The position numbers and the translations under genes are program-made. Under the pieces are notes generated by a model, which saw only the letters and a list, made by a program, of their open reading frames with translations, had not been told where the DNA came from and made no database searches. Positions 49,436 through 63,011 of a DNA stretch of 64,000 nucleotides are shown here, one piece after another. Origin of the DNA: Dendrobates tinctorius (lineage: Eukaryota); NCBI RefSeq assembly GCF_039654945.1, contig NW_027361802.1, positions 5,270,001-5,334,000 of the forward strand, given 5' to 3'. Position 1 is the first letter of the stretch, and each line of letters begins with the position of its first letter.

Positions 49436-50920
49436 CCCCTTTCCCACCTTGGACTTATCCATACGTCCAGTGACCTCGGCCTTATTTGACCTGCGACGGA
49501 TGGATACGTCCAGGTGACTGTGCGCATGCAATAGCTGTGCGCGCATGATCATCACTGATTCTGACAGCGGACACTCGGCACTCCATGCCAGAAGTGGTCC
49601 CGCACAGCTTCTGTCACTTTAACCCCCTAAATGCGGTGATCGAATGCGATCTCAGCATCCCAGGTGCAGGAAGAGGAAAGACAGCCTTTCTGCCCTTGGA
49701 TCAGAGACCCTGCGACGTTGGGTGGATGGTGGATTCTTTCACTCGGCAACATTCAATGTTGCTTGTTTCTGGAAAAAAAACATGGAGTCAAAATTGTCAC
49801 TACTACTCCTGTAGATAAATTCCTAAAGGGGGATAATTTCCAAAATGGGATCACTTGAGGGTGAATTCTGCTCTTCTAGCAATTAGGGGTCCACAAACAG
49901 TTCTAGGAAAATCTGCGCTCCAGGAGGCAAATATCGCTCCGTTGGCTAAGTAGTACTGTACATCCACATATGTGGTATTATCAAATTCAGTAGAAACTGT
50001 GGGACAAGTTATGGTGCCATATTTACCCACTTCTTGTGTGAAAATGTAAAATCTGGGGCTAAAACAAAATTTTGGTGGTAAAAATCTAGTTATTTTTTCT
50101 TCACTGTCCAATCGCATAAAATTCTGTGACACACACATGGTGTCAATATGATCATTGCACCCCTAGATGAATTTGATGAGAGGTGTAGATTGTAAAATGG
50201 GGTCACTTATGGGGAGTTCTTCCAGTGGGTCATGGCACCTACAAACCATATCAGTAAAATATGCACTACGGTATGGTGCTTCTTCCCTTCTGAGCTTGCA
50301 CTGTGCTTGAAAAATATTTTGCGGATTACATGTAGGGTATTGGCGCACTCAGGAAAAAATGGACTTCAGTTTGTTGTAAAAAAAAAAATTCCAATTAGCA
50401 CTTACAAAAATTAAAAACTAGGGGCTAATACAACATTTTAGTGGTAAAAATTTAATTTATTCCTTCTTCACTAGTCAATGGTAAATAATTATGTGAGGCA
50501 CAAGTGGCGTCAATATGATCACTGCACCCCCTACATGAATTGGGGAGTGTAGTTTGTGAAATGAGTTCACATATGGGAGGTGTTCTGCTACCTCAGGGGC
50601 TCTGCCAAAGTGACATGGTGCCCTCAAACCATTTCAGCAAAATCTGACCTCCAATATGGCATCTCATCCCTTCTGAGCTTTGTACTGTGCCTCAAAAATA
50701 GTATTCTCCCTCATATTGGGTACTAGCTTACTCAGGAGAAATTGTGCAACAAACTGTATGGTGTAATTTCTCCTGCTATCCTTATGAAAATGCAAAATTT
50801 GGGGCTAAAATAACATGTTTGTGGGGAAAATGTGATTGTTTTTATTTTCAAGGCTCAAGTTTATAAAAACTTCTGTAAAGTACCTGGGGGGGTTCAAGGT
50901 GCTCACCAGACATCTAAATA
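49436..50920. mobile_element. piggyBac-like non-autonomous element, left part with degenerate internal repeats
   Basis: TTAA|CCCCTTT terminus; repeats related to those in 3134-7186. Confidence 0.65.
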
Positions 50921-51347
50921 TATTCCCATTTTAACCCTCAATCTTGTCTGGCTGCTGGAAGAAAAAAATATTTTCTCCCCCCCCTTACCGGCCTCCTCCA
51001 ATTCTCGCCCAATCTCCAGCCGCCATGTCCTCCACTTCTCGCCCGATCTCCGGCCGAGCATCACGCGATCTCCTACAATTCTCGCGCGATCTCCTCCACT
51101 TCACGATCGCTACTCGCCCACTTCACGTGATGATCACTCACCACATCTTCCCGATACCACTACATCCAGGTAATAATTTTTTTTTTTCCCCCAGGCACGG
51201 TTCGTTTAAATTTTTACCATTGGCGGATCCGTACATCCGCCGATCCGCTGACCCGTTTCTGTCAGTCCGCCTGCGGATCCGTTTTCCGCTATTTTGGCGG
51301 ATTTTGACAGAAAAAACTGAAGTGTGAAACAGGCCTAAGCGGTTAAT

Positions 51348-51560
51348 AGTAGGATAAAAGCGGCACAGCCGTGCAGGTGCTCAAGAAGGGTCCCAAGCCA
51401 GAAAGCATAGTATAAACAAAAATTTGGCACCCAACTTTTGTATCCTGATGAAAAAGTTTTATTTGAATCCAGAAGTAGTACAGAGTAGTACTACATCTGG
51501 ATTCAATTAAACCTTTTTCATGAGGATTCTAAAGTTGAGTGCCAAGTTTTTGTTTATACT
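51348..51560. mobile_element. TSD-flanked insertion ending in ~70-bp-arm hairpin (probably Penelope-derived)
   Basis: TAAGCGGTTAAT at 51336-51347 and 51561-51572; inverted repeat about 51409-51560. Confidence 0.7.
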
Positions 51561-51997
51561 TAAGCGGTTAATGACATGCTTTGTCTAAGGCCTTATTAAC
51601 TCAACAATATTTTGTATTAGAATTTACAAGCCAGAATCAGTAGTGGAAGAGAAAAAACTATAATTGACAGAGTCCTGTTCTTGAAGCCACTCTTTGTTCT
51701 GGTTTAAAATTACAGATACGTGAGTTAGGTATAAACCTGCTATTACCATTAATTCATAGCTTTCTGACTACATTGTCAATGGTTGTGTCAGACAAAGCCA
51801 AATCTAAGAATATCGATGACTACACATCAGAAAATCTTGACTGAGAGGACTATCAAAGCTGCAATAGCTACTACTGTTTTACTAACTTTACTGGAAGAAG
51901 CCCATTATGCAACTCATCAATAGAATCAGGGTTTTGGCCCCTGCTTCATGCTGCTCTCAGGTGATGCAACATAAACCTAGTGAAAGACTCTCTTTAA

Positions 51998-52190
51998 GGG
52001 CTCATACTCACTTGCCAGAGACTCGCATGATTCTCGTGCAAGTCTCTCGCATGAAAACCTGGCACTGCCACTGGCACTCGGACCGGAGCGTGCGGCTACA
52101 TGTATTTATATGTAGCCGCGCTCTCCGGTCCCAGTGCTGGCCGCTGTGCCATTTTTCATGCGAGAGACTCTCGCAAGTGGGTATGAGCCC
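51998..52190. mobile_element. Almost fully palindromic Harbinger-like MITE
   Basis: TAA|GGGCTCATACTCACTTGC...GCAAGTGGGTATGAGCCC|TAA. Confidence 0.85.
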
Positions 52191-52515
52191 TAATAGGTTC
52201 TCATATTTCCAATTATTTCCATTTTTCCTTGATTACTTTTTTTCTCTAGTGATACTTACCTTGTTAATCAGTCCTCTTTCCAACACTCATTTATTTATTT
52301 GTAACACAATCTTTACCAGTTCTGGCTCAACCAGATTATTTTAGCATCCTTTTCATGTCACAACAATCGTTTTTAACGAATCTGGCTTCAGTAGTTTATT
52401 CAGTCTCATAGCCACTTAGTCATAGCTGAAAGTGTTGGCACCCTTGAAATTGTTCCAGAAAATGAAGTCTTTCTCCTCGAAAATTATTGCAAATACACAT
52501 TTTGTTATACAAATG

Positions 52516-53117
52516 TGTGAGGCAGTGACCGGTGTCATATGCGAGGGTTGCTATGTGTCCCCCCCAGGATGCACACAGAGTTGTATTGAGGCCGCAGGAG
52601 TGTATTGCAATCACAGGCATAGTTGTGATTGCAATGCAAAATAAATGTAAATGTTGGTCTTGGCCAAGCTATTTGTCCAAGGCAGATTTAAGAAAACATG
52701 CCATGGACTTTTTTTTTTGAAGCAGACTACAGGATGGTAGTGAGGCAGTCCGTTTCCTTCCCAGCCAAGTTTTCCAGGTGAGCTACGGCCACAGGTTCCA
52801 TGTAAAAACCCCTGAAGAGGGTTGGGTGTGTCAGTTTGGTCTTGCAGAGTAGAATGTAACACAGCCAAGCAGAGCCAAAAGGCCTGGCACCCCTCAGCAT
52901 GCACAGCGGTGCAGTCGCCCATGGCAACAAGTCTCAGAGGTGGACAGTCTTGTTCACGGTTGCAAACCAGAGGTGGACTGTCTTGTTCCCGGCTGTGATC
53001 CGGAGGATCATAATTACTTTCTGTTTTGTGAATACGCTGAACATTAAAGAGACTTTGCTTTGAACTTTGCTGGGTCACTGCCTCATCCCTGCAAAGTGTG
53101 GATACTGCTGCACTACA
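52516..53117. mobile_element. Solo-LTR-like element inserted in a Tc1 TIR
   Basis: Reverse-complement homolog of 9527-10126; TGT...ACA ends. Confidence 0.72.
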
Positions 53118-53805
53118 ACAATTTTATTTCCTTTGCATGTATTGGAACTGCACAAAAAGAAACAGAAGAAAAGACATTGGACATGATTTCAAACAAAACC
53201 ACAAAAATGTGCAGGACAAAATTATTGGCACCCTCAACTTAATATTTAGTTGCAATCAAATCGCTTCCTATAACCATCAACAAGTTTCTTACACCTCTCA
53301 AATGGAATTTTGGACTACTCTTCTGTTGCAAACTTCTCCAGGATTCTCATATTTGAAGGATGACTTGTCCCAACACCAATTTTAAGATCTCTCCACAGGT
53401 GTTCAGTGGGATTTAGATCCGGACTCATTACTGCCCACTTTTGAACTCTCCAGCTCTTTGTTTCCAACCATTTCTGGGTGCTTCTTGAAGCATGTTTGGG
53501 GTCATTGTCCTGCTTGAAGACATATGACCTAGGTCAAAAACCATTCTTTCTGACACTGGGCACTACATTGCAACTTAAAATCCTGTGGTAATCTTCAGAT
53601 TTCATGATGGCTAGTACACAGTCAAATAGAGAAAAAGACCAGCACATCTAAGCTAGTGTGAACAAGTGTGCCAACCAAAGAAAACATAAGTTGAAAAACA
53701 ATAAGGTTGCACCGTAATTTACCAAGAACGATTGCTCTATAACATTGAAACTGCATTGCTGCCATAGAAAATAGGGAAAAAGGAGAAAAGGCGCTATATG
53801 ATGTA

Positions 53806-55136
53806 CCGTATATATTCGATTATAAGCTGAGATTTTCAGCCCATTTTTTAAGACTGAAAGTGCCCCTCTCGGCTTATATTCGAATCATTGTCCCAGGGGG
53901 CCGGAGGCATTCACATCATACTCACTCCCAACTGGCGCGGTCTCTGCATTTCCCTGCTTCTCAGATGGTCTTTGGCACCGGCAGCTCTTCCTGTGTTCAG
54001 CAGTCACATGGTACCGCTCATTAAAGTAATGAATATGCACGTGACTCCACTCTCATAGGCGTGGAGCGCATATTCGTTACTTTAATGAGTGATACCATGT
54101 GACCGCTGAGCACTGGAAGGAGCTGCCAGCTCTGGGACGACAAAGCAGGGAAGTGCAGAGACCGTACCAGGAGGGGATAAGTATGATGGGGAGGATGGGG
54201 GAGCCATGCAATATTCACCTATCCTCATTCCACCGCCTCACGCTGCTGTGTCTTCCGCATCCTCTGGTTGTGATGTTCAGGTCAGAGGGCGCGATGACAT
54301 GTTTAGTGCGTGCCCTCTGCCTGAACAGTCACAGCAAGAGGACCCGGAAGACACAGTAGCGTGCGGTGGTGGAATGGGGACAGGTGAATTTTGCAAGTGC
54401 CAGGGGCCCCCATAGCGTACCCGTGTCCCCGCCTGCTCAGGACACTGGCACCTGACCCCCAGCGACAAGAGGAGAGTTTGTCATTTTTTTTTTTAATCGC
54501 AGCAGCTGCATATGGGGCATATTATTCTATGGAGCATCTTATGGGGCCATCAACTTTTATGGAGCATTATATGGGTCATATTAGTCTATGGAGCATCTTA
54601 TGGGGACATCAACTTTTATGTAGCATTATATGGGGCAAATTATTCTACGGAACATCTTATGGGGCCATCAACTTTTATGGAGCATTATATGGGGCATATT
54701 ATTCTATGGAGCATCTTATGGGGCAATCAACCTTTATGGTGTATAATATGGGGCATATTATTCTATGGAGCATCTTATGGGGCCATCATTAACCTTTTAT
54801 GCAGCATTATATGGGGCATATTTTTGTATCAAGCATCTTATGGGGCCCATCATGAACTTTATGGAGCATTATATGGGGCATATTTTGTATGGAGCATCTT
54901 ATGGGGCCCATCATGAACTGGAATGGAGCATTATGTGGGGCTTCTAATTCAATATGGATATTCAAAAACATTTAACCTACTGATTTCTCAGTTAATTTTA
55001 CTTTTATTGGTATCTATTTTTTTTTTAAATTTACCAGTAGCTGCTGCAATTCCCACTCTAGGCTTATACTCAATTCAATAAGTTTTCCCAGTTTTTTGTG
55101 GCAAAATTAGGGGCCTCGGCTTATACTCGGGTATAT
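53806..55136. mobile_element. Tc2/pogo-like non-autonomous element with internal palindrome and minisatellite
   Basis: TA|CCGTATATATTCGATTATAAG left end; CGGCTTATACTCGGGTATAT right end; inverted relative of 60656-61450. Confidence 0.78.
54510..54940. repeat. ~59-bp (two ~29-bp subunits) minisatellite
   Basis: ATGGGGCATATTATTCTATGGAGCATCTTATGGGGCCATCAACTTTTATGGAGCATTAT in tandem. Confidence 0.9.
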
Positions 55137-57482
55137 TTTGGAAAGGTGCCAAAAATTTTATCTGTCCAGTTTTGGGATTTTGTGTGACATTATGTCCAAT
55201 TTGCCTTTATTGCCTCAGTTTTGGTGTTGTTCCAAAACACACAAAGGAAATAAACATGTGTATAACAAAATGTGTAATTGCAATCATTTTATGAGAAAAA
55301 TACTTCATTTTCTGAAACAATTTCAAAGGAGCCAGTACTTTTGACCATGACTGAATATACACCTGACTGTATACATACAGATGCAAGGAAGAGTTGGCAG
55401 CATTCCCAAGAACTGAGTGAACGCTGCTAAATGAAGCCCTGCATACGCACGCAGGAATGCACGTCCACCTGTCAATTTCCAAAACCCGGAATTGAGGGAG
55501 AATCATGGACATCACAGGAAGCAAAAGTGTCATGCTGTGATGGTTTTCAGTGAGCAATGCCCTGGAGCAGAGACCCTAACTATCCCTGTTATGGGGGGGT
55601 TCTCTTAAAAGTAGAGAGGCCAAGTCTCCAACCTTACTATGCTCCTGTAAAAGCCCTAATTTGTCCCCTTCCCTACCCCATGAGGCATGGGTCTGAAATG
55701 AAAGGTAAACCAGACACAAAATAAGCAAGGATAACAGAAAACCTCTATCATACAAAAGCACTAACAATAGGGAGGAGGAGAGAGACAGGGAGAAATGCTA
55801 AATGGGAAAAAAGACCAGGAGATAAACACCCACGTACAACAGCAAACTACAAAACACCACAACTCCAACTCCAAACTTTAACTTCTTAGCTTTAGCACAC
55901 AGCACAGGAAGATGAATCTCTAATAGCAACACAAACTACTATTCAGCACAGTATTTCCTAGGGGCAAGGAAGCAGAGCTTTCACTGGCAGGACAGAGAGG
56001 GTCTGGCCAGGTTTTATAGGAAGAGTTAATGACCAGATCAGAAGCAGCTGAAATGGAGCTGCATGTTTCTGACCAGCAAGGTATTAAGTGCTTATCTACA
56101 GCAGTTAGTTCACATGAAAGGGGTAAAATAGTGGCAAACCCCTTTAACTATAGGTCTCTTGGCAAAAAAGGACATGTTACTTTATATGAATCAACAAGTG
56201 GTATCTCTTCACTGCATTTTATGGTACCCTGATGTCCACAGATCAACGAGGTAAACATTGGATTGGATTATTCAAATCGATTAAAATAGGTGGCGACACT
56301 TTACACAATCCAGAATACTACCTCAGCCAGATAAGGCTCATGTGACCTCGGGAGTGGCCGGACAGGTTTTCCCATAATGCTTTGCAGCTATCACTTCACA
56401 TGGTATAACAGCCAATCAGGAAGGACTATCATGACTTGTATAAAAGCAGATGCAGGTAATGTAGCAGCTGTTTGTTTGTGACTCTGGAGAGTGAGAGACC
56501 ATCACAGTTTAGCCATAGAAATAGAAAGCAAAAGCCATAAAACATTAAAAAAGTATACAGATAGTGTGAATAATAGCACAAAGGTGAAGATTAATTTGTG
56601 AGAAAAAGAGTAGTATAGATTTAATGGTAGGGATAGAGTCACTGTGTTACTGGTTACCATTTGATAACTCATATGTTGAGGTCACAATGACATTATTAAT
56701 GCTCTGTTTTCTTCAAAGACCTTGAAAGGGGATAGATTCAATCATACGTGCCCTGGAGTAATTTCAGGGCAATTGGAGGCTTTACAGAACTTTTGCTTAG
56801 CATCAAACTAAATTTTGAGAAAATAATTATGCTGTGAAGTTTGAATTACAAAAGATTTGCACATCTCAAGAAATGTAGGAGATATGTATTTTCCTTCTTT
56901 TGAAAAAAAAAAGTAAACAAAAAGTGAGGAATTGAAATATAATATTAGATAGTTGTAGAGCTCTATTATAAGATTTAAGCTCTACATAATTGGAAAGCGC
57001 TAATGTATTAAAATGCATTGCATAAGTGCATTTTTAAGTACATTGCTGTTTAAGATTAAATTAATTTTAAGTGTTTATAAGCAAATATTTTAGAACATAA
57101 TTAACATTTTTAAATCTATGGTTCATTTTTAAAGGTGTCATGATTTACTGTGGTGTTCAAAAGTCCTGCATATTCTTGGAGAAAAGTGTATCTTTCATAC
57201 TTCTGCATCTCCACAGTGAAACTAGTGGTACAAGTTTGTTTCTTGTAATTCTACATTGTGTGCCATACTCATTTTTGAATGTACCCAGTCTATAAATTGT
57301 ATGGTATGTGCATTTTTGATTTTTTTTTTTATCATAACCTTATCTACATCAGTAAAGCGTGTACAATGGTGAATAGGCTTGTAAGTTTATTAATTTCCGG
57401 TGCAAGTTCACAGATTGACATTACTTTTTAATATTTATATTTTTTTATTTCATTCAGGGCCTTTTAGATGCATCTTTAACTT

Positions 57483-58405
57483 TTAGTACTTTATTGGTTA
57501 GCCTTCGCTGTTGAGGACCAACTTGCATCTCTGTGGTATTGAGAGAACAAGCTTCTGCAGATGTTCGTGAGATAATGTGGTTCCAGACCTGTATCAGAGC
57601 CTCAATCAACTCACGCTTGGTCCTTGGCAGTTTTCTAGATATCGCTAATGATACCTTGTGCCACAAATTTTCAATTGGATTGAGATCCTGGGACTGAGAT
57701 GGCCAGTCAATAGTAACCTTTTTCATTTTTTCCTACTCGGTTACTGTCTTAGCTCTGTGACAAGGACCATTATCATCCTGGAAGATGTAATCATCTGAAA
57801 ACAAGTGATGAGCAAAAGGAAGCATGTTCTTATGAAGGATGTCTATTTTTTTGCATTAACCATACCCTCCACAATATGAAGTCTTACAACACCATTGGCT
57901 GCCATACTTCTCAAGACCATTAACTTCATCGGATGTTTCACAGAGAAGCTCAAACACTCTGGGTTGTACTCTTAATGTGGAAACGTTCTCACAAAAGACT
58001 TGCCATCATTTCCAAAAATGCAAAAGGTGCATTTATCACTAAATAGCACACATTTCTCTATTTTGAATATTTCAATACCCACATTTTGCACCTTTGTCTT
58101 TGTTTGGCTGTCATCAATGGCTTCTTTCGGCCTTGCACCCTCTCAAACCTGCTTCCAAACATCTCTTCCTAAAAGTTGATGAAGCTACCTCAACATTGCA
58201 CTTTTCTTACCATTCTTGCAAAAGCTGAGGAGAGGTGAGCTTTTGATTGGCAAGGGATATTCTTATTAGTTCTCTATCCTCCCTTTTCATTGACTTTTTA
58301 AGCAGACAAAATCTAAGCCTGTCCTGAGTTGTTCTAAACTGCTTATGTTTCCGCAAAATTCTTACAACTGTACTCTGGTAAAGCCACCCTACCTTGTGAT
58401 GTGCA
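57483..58405 (-). pseudogene. Old Tc1 transposase remnant
   Basis: IFQDDNGPCHRAK, DWPSQSQDLNPIENLW, STVVRILRKHK; many lesions. Confidence 0.85.
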
Positions 58406-58409
58406 GGCG

Positions 58410-59270
58410 AGAATAACCTGAAATCCGCTGCCTCGGAGTAACTCTCGACTCTGCCCTGTCCTTCAAACCACACGTCCAAACTCTTGCCATCTCCTGTCGC
58501 CTCCAACTCAAAAATATTTCCAGAATCCATCTCTTCTTCAGCCGTCAATCTACTAAAACTCTTGTACATGCCCACATCATCTCCCGCCTTGACTACTGCA
58601 ACACTCTCCTCTGTGGCCTCCCTGCTAACTCTCTTGCACTACTCCAGTCTGTCCTCAACTCTGCTGCCCTACAAATCCACCTCTCTCCATGCTACTCCCG
58701 TCTCTCCCCTCTGCAAATCCCTCCACTGGCTCCCAATTCACCAACGAATCCAGTTCAAACTACTAATACTGACCTACAATGCCATCCACAACCTATCCCC
58801 TCCCTATATCTCTGAACTAATCTCCCAATATCTTCCCTCATGTAATCTTCGATCCTCCCACTCTCCACCACACTTATTCGTTCCTCACACAACCGCCTCC
58901 AAGATTTCTCCCGAATATTTCCTATCCTCTGGAATTCCATGCCTCAGCACGTCCGATTATCCACCACCCTCGGATCCTTCAAACGGAACCTGAAAACCCA
59001 TCTTTTCAGGAAAGCTTGCAGCCTGCAATAACCATTCTGCTGCCTCACCACCGCCTCAAAACCACCAGAGCTGCTGCACCCCAGACCTTCTGTCCCTTCC
59101 CCACTATCCCATAGAATGTAAGTCCACAAGGACAGGGTCCTCTCCCCTCTGTACCAGTTTGTCATTGTAAATTTGTTTACTGTCAACGATATCTATAACT
59201 TTGTATGTAACCCCCCTTCGCATGTACAGCACCATGAAATTAATGGCGCTATATAAATAAATAATAATAA
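58410..59270 (+). mobile_element. L2 LINE 3' fragment
   Basis: SRLDYCN and LHWLPIHQRIQFKLL C-terminal motifs; 3' end ATGGCGCTATATAAATAAATAATAATAA. Confidence 0.9.
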
Positions 59271-59601
59271 CGTTCTTCATACAGTACCATCCTACGCTAA
59301 CAAAAATCTGAAGGCTCCCATTATAACCAGTTCTCTTCTCTAGATTGACCAACAAATAAAACAAAGGTTAAAGCAGGGGATGTGATGCAATGTGATTGGC
59401 TACCACATCCAGCTTATGATTGGTCACACGAGCTTGACTTGTGATTGTCTAATTTTAATTTTGGGTCTGAATTTGTACAATATTTAGTTGTGTTTTAAAT
59501 TCCCACATTGTTGCAGAAACTGCAGGCAAAATGGATTCAAAAGCTAAAAATATTACAGATATTACAGAGAAAGAATGCAAAATTAAATTCTGAACAAAAC
59601 C

Positions 59602-60582
59602 ATATACGCTTGTAAAAGTATTCACCCCCCTTGGCTTTTTCCCTATTTTGATACATTACAACCTGTGTTTAAATATTTTTGTAATTCGATTTGTGTGTGA
59701 TGCATCAGCACTAAATAGCACTAAAAGTTGTTGAAGTGAGAAAAGTATAGGCAAAAATTAAATTTATGGGATCAAATGACTAAAAATTGGCATGTGCATC
59801 ACCCCTTTTTTGATAAAGCCCCTAAAAATTTCTGGTGTAAGCAATAACCTTCATAAGTCACATGCTTAGGGAAAGGAAGTCCACTTGTGTGCAATCTAAA
59901 GGCCCAGTCACACACAGCGATCTCGCTAGCAAGATCGCTGATTTTGTGACGCCACAGCGATCTTGCCAGCAAGATCGCTGTGTGTGACGGGGATCAGCGA
60001 CCGGCCCCCGCCGGGTATCGCTGATCGTGCTCGATCGACCATTTTTTCATTGCTGGTCTCCCGCTGGCCAGCACGCATCGCTGTGTGTGGCAGCGAGAGA
60101 CCAGCGATCAGCGATGCTGGTTTCTAATGTAAACATCGGGTATGCAGGAGCCGCGGATCTTGGATACCCGCTGTTTACCTTGGAAACCGGCATACACGCC
60201 GGTTTCCAAGGTAAACAGCGGGTATCCAAGAGCCACAGCTCCTGGATACCTGATGTTCACATTAGAAACCAGCTTGCTTGCTGGTCCTGAGCGCTGGAGG
60301 GGCTGTCTATGTGACAGCTCACCAGGGATCAGCCTAATGATGTCCCAGCGATCCCATCCATGTCGGATCGCTGGTGGGATCATTGGGACATCGTTATGTG
60401 TAACGGGGCCTTAAGTGTCACATGGTCTGTCAGTACATTCACACCTTTTCTGAAAGGCCAGAGGCTGCAACACGCTTAAGCAAGAGGTAACAAGAACAAA
60501 ACAACACCATGAAGACCAAGAAGATCTCCAAACAAGTCAGGGACAAAGTTGTTGAGATGTACAAGTCCGATTTGAGTATAAA
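59602..60582 (+). mobile_element. Tc1 left end with transposase start, split by a MITE
   Basis: GTAAAAGTATTCACCCCCCTTGG TIR; MKTKKISKQVRDKVVEMYKS starts at 60509. Confidence 0.78.
59900..60411. mobile_element. Harbinger-like MITE rich in CAGCGAT/ATCGCTG repeats
   Basis: TAA TSD; AGGCCCAGTCACACA...TGTGTAACGGGGCCT termini. Confidence 0.8.
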
Positions 60583-60655
60583 ATATAGAATATAATTTTT
60601 TTAATAAGTATGAATAGAAGCATTTTTTATAAGTATGAATTGAAACCAATTATTA

Positions 60656-61450
60656 CCGTAAATACTCGCGTATAAGCCGACCCGAGTATAAGCTGACCCC
60701 CCTAATTTTGCCACAAAAAACTAGGAAAACTTATTGACTCGTGTATAAGCCGAGGGTGCACAGTGAGTGGCCTCAGTTATCTGCACAGTATGTGGCCCAA
60801 GTTATGATGCACAGTGAGTGGCCCCAGTTATGATGCACAGTGAGTGGCCCCAGTTATGATGCACAGTGAGTGGCCCCAGTTATGATGCACAGTGTGTGGC
60901 CCCATCATGTTGCTGCTGCCTCTGCCTCTCTTACAAAAAAACCCAAAAACCTGTATACTCACCTCAGTCGCTGCCCCCTGCTCATCAGCGTTGCGGTCTG
61001 CAGTGACTGTGCAGGCAGAGAGCGATAGCGCTCTCTGACCTGAATGTCACTGCAGAGGACGCAAGACAGGAGAGTGCAGGGACAGGTGAATATGCCTCCC
61101 AACCCTCCTTCATACTCACCGGGTCCTGGCGCTTGTCTCTGCAGCTCCTCTGCTTGTTCCATGTTGTCGGCGCTGCTCTCTTCCTGGTTCAGCGGTCACG
61201 TGGTACCCGCTCATTAAATATGCACATATTTAATGAGCGGGTACCATTTGACAGCTGAAGCAGGAAGAGAGCAGCGCCGACAACATGGAACAAGCAGGGG
61301 AGCTGCAGAGAAGGGTGAGTATGATCTGACACCCCCGCTCCCCCTCCCCCTCCGATCCTCCCGGTATATGACTCCTGTATAAGCCGAGAGGGGGACTTTC
61401 AGCCCCAAAAAATGGGCTGAAAATCTCGGCTTATACACGAGTATATACGG
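60656..61450. mobile_element. Tc2/pogo-like MITE with 26-bp tandem repeat
   Basis: TA|CCGTAAATACTCGCGTATAAGCCGA...TCGGCTTATACACGAGTATATACGG|TA; GCACAGTGAGTGGCCCCAGTTATGAT repeats at about 60758-60903. Confidence 0.85.
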
Positions 61451-61851
61451 TATATTATATATTTTATAATTTCTTGAAAAATAAGTCTCGTGAATAATTT
61501 TTTTTAATAGAAACATTTTTAAATTCATTTTTATTGACCCAAAAGAAAGAACTTTAAGAGTATATATAGTAATTTTTAACAAATAATATTCTGTAATTTC
61601 ATCAATGTTAGAGCATATATAATTTTTTTTTATTTTTTATTCAATGATATTATGTCCATATAGATTCCCTAGTGGAACTCTTCTCAGGTGTGGCTTGGTC
61701 GTGGCTGCATCACATGATGTTTCTCTTCTGTTGTATTCTTTTTTGGATCATGGGTTCTCATCCCCATTTTTCGTTTTTTTCATTCTTCCTCTTTTTTTAT
61801 TCTTATTCATCAAATTCTCTTGGAATTATAAAAGTAAGAAAATTATTTTAA

Positions 61852-63011
61852 CACCTTTCCTACTTTAGACAAACTATTCCGTCCATGTGACCTGGGACCT
61901 AAGTCCCAAGGATGAAATAGTACGTCATAGCGATCAGAGGCGCCCCCTGTGGGGAGCGCTGCTGATCGCGGCCGGGTGTCAGATTCTTTTCACAGCTGAC
62001 ACTGAGCACTATGTATCAGGGGGTCAAGCATGATCGCAGTGTACAGGGGGTTTAGGGAAGCATTGGCAGGGAGGGGGCTCCCTCCGTGCTTCCCTGCGAC
62101 CCCCGCAGCAGCGCGATGTGCAGTGCTGCTGCGGGGGCCTCCTTCCCTGCAGGTCCCCGGATCCAATATAGCGACTGGGAGCTTTGGGGGCCTGCAGGGA
62201 GCCGGCTTCCTCAGTGCCTGCAGAGCACAGGCATGAGGAAGCCTGTGCAGCGCCTGTGTCAGATCGCTGATATCGCCGCGTCCATAACGACCCACCCTAT
62301 AAAACTGTCCCATTAGTTAACCCCTTTTTACAATAAAAAGCGTCTTTTAGCGTGCGACAGCTGCCAAACATAAAAACCCACCATAAATAGTAAATCAAAC
62401 TCTCTTTATCACCCCCTTAGTTAGGGAAAAATGATAAAATAAAAAAAAGTATTTATTTCCATTTTCCCATTAGGGTTAGGGCTAGGGTTTGGGGCTGAGA
62501 TTAGGGTTAGGGGTGTGTTGGGGTTAGGGCTGGAATTAGAATTGGGGGGTTTCCACTGTTTTGGCACATCAGGGGCTTTCCAAACTCGACATGGCGTCTG
62601 ATCTCAATTCCAGCCAAAAAAGTCAAATGGCGCTGCTTCCCTTCCGAGCTCTGCCATGCGCCCAATTAGTGGTTTACCCCCACATGTATCAGGGCATCAG
62701 CGTACTCAGGACAAATTGCACAACATTTGAGGTCCTGTTACCTTTGGGAAAATAAAAATTGGGGGTGAAAATATCCTTTTTGTGGAAAAAATATGATTTT
62801 TTAATTGTACGACTGTATAAACTGTGAAGCCCTTGGGGGTTCAAAGTGCTCACCACATATCTAGATAAGTTCCTTGGGGGTCTAGTTTCCAAAATGGGGT
62901 CACTTGTGGGGTGTTTTCACTGTTTAGGCACATCAGGGGCTCTCCAAACGTGACATGGCGTCTGATCTGAATTCCAGCCAATTTTGCAGTGAAAGTCAAA
63001 CGGCACTCCTT
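61852..63011. mobile_element. piggyBac-like non-autonomous element fragment
   Basis: TTAA|CACCTTT terminus; shares segments with 1167-3129 and, inverted, with 4000-4970. Confidence 0.7.

Larger units (their letters stand above)
52417..55353 (-). mobile_element. Tc1 transposon, deleted and hosting nested insertions
   Basis: Matching TIRs at 52417 and 55353; minus-strand transposase fragment QDNDPKH...SPDLNPTEHLW at about 53330-53620. Confidence 0.82.

Noticed and set aside
51444-51470. CTGATGA as a possible third hammerhead
   Set aside because: No stem II followed by GAAA or a cleavage triplet; it is part of a simple hairpin arm.
54391-54947. Repetitive ORFs (MEHLMGPSTF...)
   Set aside because: Translations of the 59-bp minisatellite.
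55528-56110. Possible old solo LTR
   Set aside because: TGTCA start and LTR-like composition, but I could not define a right end, TSD or second copy.
62470-62540. TTAGGG repeats as a telomere or fusion site
   Set aside because: Short, degenerate and embedded in a repeat family that recurs at 4755-4830.
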